Source: Eremomyces bilateralis CBS 781.70 (taxonomy: Eukaryota). From it: a stretch of 64,000 nt of DNA. Shown in pieces: positions 62,932-64,000 of the stretch. The notes beneath the pieces are model-generated. The model worked only from the letters and a program-made list of their open reading frames with translations, was not told where the DNA came from and did no database searches. The first letter of the stretch is position 1. Each line of letters starts with the position of its first letter. The stretch is taken from NCBI GenBank assembly GCA_010015585.1, contig ML975158.1; one strand, written 5' to 3'. The position numbers and the translations under genes were made by a program.

Positions 62932-64000
62932 CTATGAAGATGCTTTCATTGTCCCACATGCAGAGCATGTCCACCATTGTGATTCCATAAACGCACTGCA
63001 ATGCCAGCAGTTCCAACCTAGCGGCTTCTCCTTTGGGATTATAGGGGTGGATGCCAACCTAGACATCTGCCGGTCGGCATCCAGCTTTCCGTTGGCCTGC
63101 TTCGGGGACGAGATATAGGTGGGTCGTTCCGATCCGCATGCATCGCACGCCAAATAGTCCATCGGATTATCCAGAGTACATATGAGACAGCTCCAGATAT
63201 TGCTGGCATGTCCCTCTCCCAACGTTTCGGCTTGATGAGTAATAGGCAGTAACAGTAATGAACTTGTGTCTGACTGCGTTGATGGTACCGATTCAGTTGC
63301 CCCAAACGGCTCCAGAAGCGCAAGGCTTGCGCTTCGTCCCGCCTGGAGACCTGACTCGGAGCTCCAGATCAACCCGTCTTGATCGTTGGATATCGTTGCT
63401 TCCTCTTCCTGTAATTTATTTCCCTCCTCGGCCTCATACAACTCGACTAGGGCAATGGCAATTGCTGCATCATTCGCATCGTCCTCCTCTGCCTTAGTCC
63501 TGAACCCATTCTTAGAAGCATCCTTGGCCAGCCTTTGCCCTTCTTCCGTGCCCGAAGCGCAACCTTTTGCAATTTCTGTCCGCCTGGACGCTGCATCGGC
63601 CATGGCCTTTCGCATATCTGTAACATTCGATCCGGGTGTACCGCCCACTCGATGCCCCTGTCGGCCATGGGATTGTTTCTGACGCTCCGCAGCGGCAGCC
63701 CGAACTTGTCGGCGCAGTTCGTCATTAGGTATTCGCTTACCGCCGAGTTTACGGCCCGCGGATAGGAAGCCTTCGCCCGTGTACCCTTTCATGCGCAATA
63801 TTTGGTATTCGCCGCGAAGCTCGTTCCATAGTGTTTGGAAGTTGTGATTGTGTGGGCCCCAGATGATGTGGGATAGTCTATGGAAGTCAGCATAACGTGT
63901 AGGACCTGAGAGAGAAGGAACATGCTCGTGTAAGAGGGTGTCGATAACATTTTCTAAAGGGATGAACTGCCGCGGATCGGGTGTGAAGCGAAGTCGAATG
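62932..64000 (-). CDS. WSS1: Wss1-type WLM metalloprotease with RanBP2-like zinc fingers (5' end outside the window)
   Basis: IDTLLHE|LSHIIWGPHN, GYTGEGFLSAGRKLGG, WSCLICTLDN..CDAC, WNCWHC..WTCSACG. Confidence 0.92.
   Translation of the reverse strand, partial: IRLRFTPDPRQFIPLENVIDTLLHEHVPSLSGPTRYADFHRLSHIIWGPHNHNFQTLWNELRGEYQILRMKGYTGEGFLSAGRKLGGKRIPNDELRRQVRAAAAERQKQSHGRQGHRVGGTPGSNVTDMRKAMADAASRRTEIAKGCASGTEEGQRLAKDASKNGFRTKAEEDDANDAAIAIALVELYEAEEGNKLQEEEATISNDQDGLIWSSESGLQAGRSASLALLEPFGATESVPSTQSDTSSLLLLPITHQAETLGEGHASNIWSCLICTLDNPMDYLACDACGSERPTYISSPKQANGKLDADRQMSRLASTPIIPKEKPLGWNCWHCSAFMESQWWTCSACGTMKASS

Overview
Gene-dense chromosomal DNA from a filamentous ascomycete (Pezizomycotina). 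Evidence: short GT/GC-AG introns with CTRAC-like branch points and clearly fungal proteins. The 5.2-26.3 kb region holds an extracellular hydroxamate (coprogen/fusarinine-type) siderophore cluster: NPS6/SidD-type NRPS (A-T-C-dA-T-C), SidF acyltransferase, SidI acyl-CoA ligase, an AIF/AMID-like oxidoreductase, an ABCB exporter and a GNAT acetyltransferase. Every cluster promoter carries ATCWGATAA SreA-type iron-repression boxes. The right edge has an orphan box, a fold-back minisatellite and about 2 kb with no recognisable gene. The rest is mostly housekeeping genes: palC, complex I 12 kDa subunit, CFIm25, ribokinase, MIM1, SHP1, OXA1, Vps3844, CGR1, CMC2, TIM10, MRPL1, an F-box-like protein, a PST2-like quinone reductase, YTH1 and WSS1. 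There is also a secreted copper amine oxidase, a GXWXG/DUF4334 protein and an uncharacterised protein with copper-monooxygenase-like HH / HxH / M motifs. Splicing oddities include a 12-nt micro-exon and two in-frame GC-AG introns, one splitting the WSS1 HExxH site. All calls were made by eye from motifs; no database searches were run.
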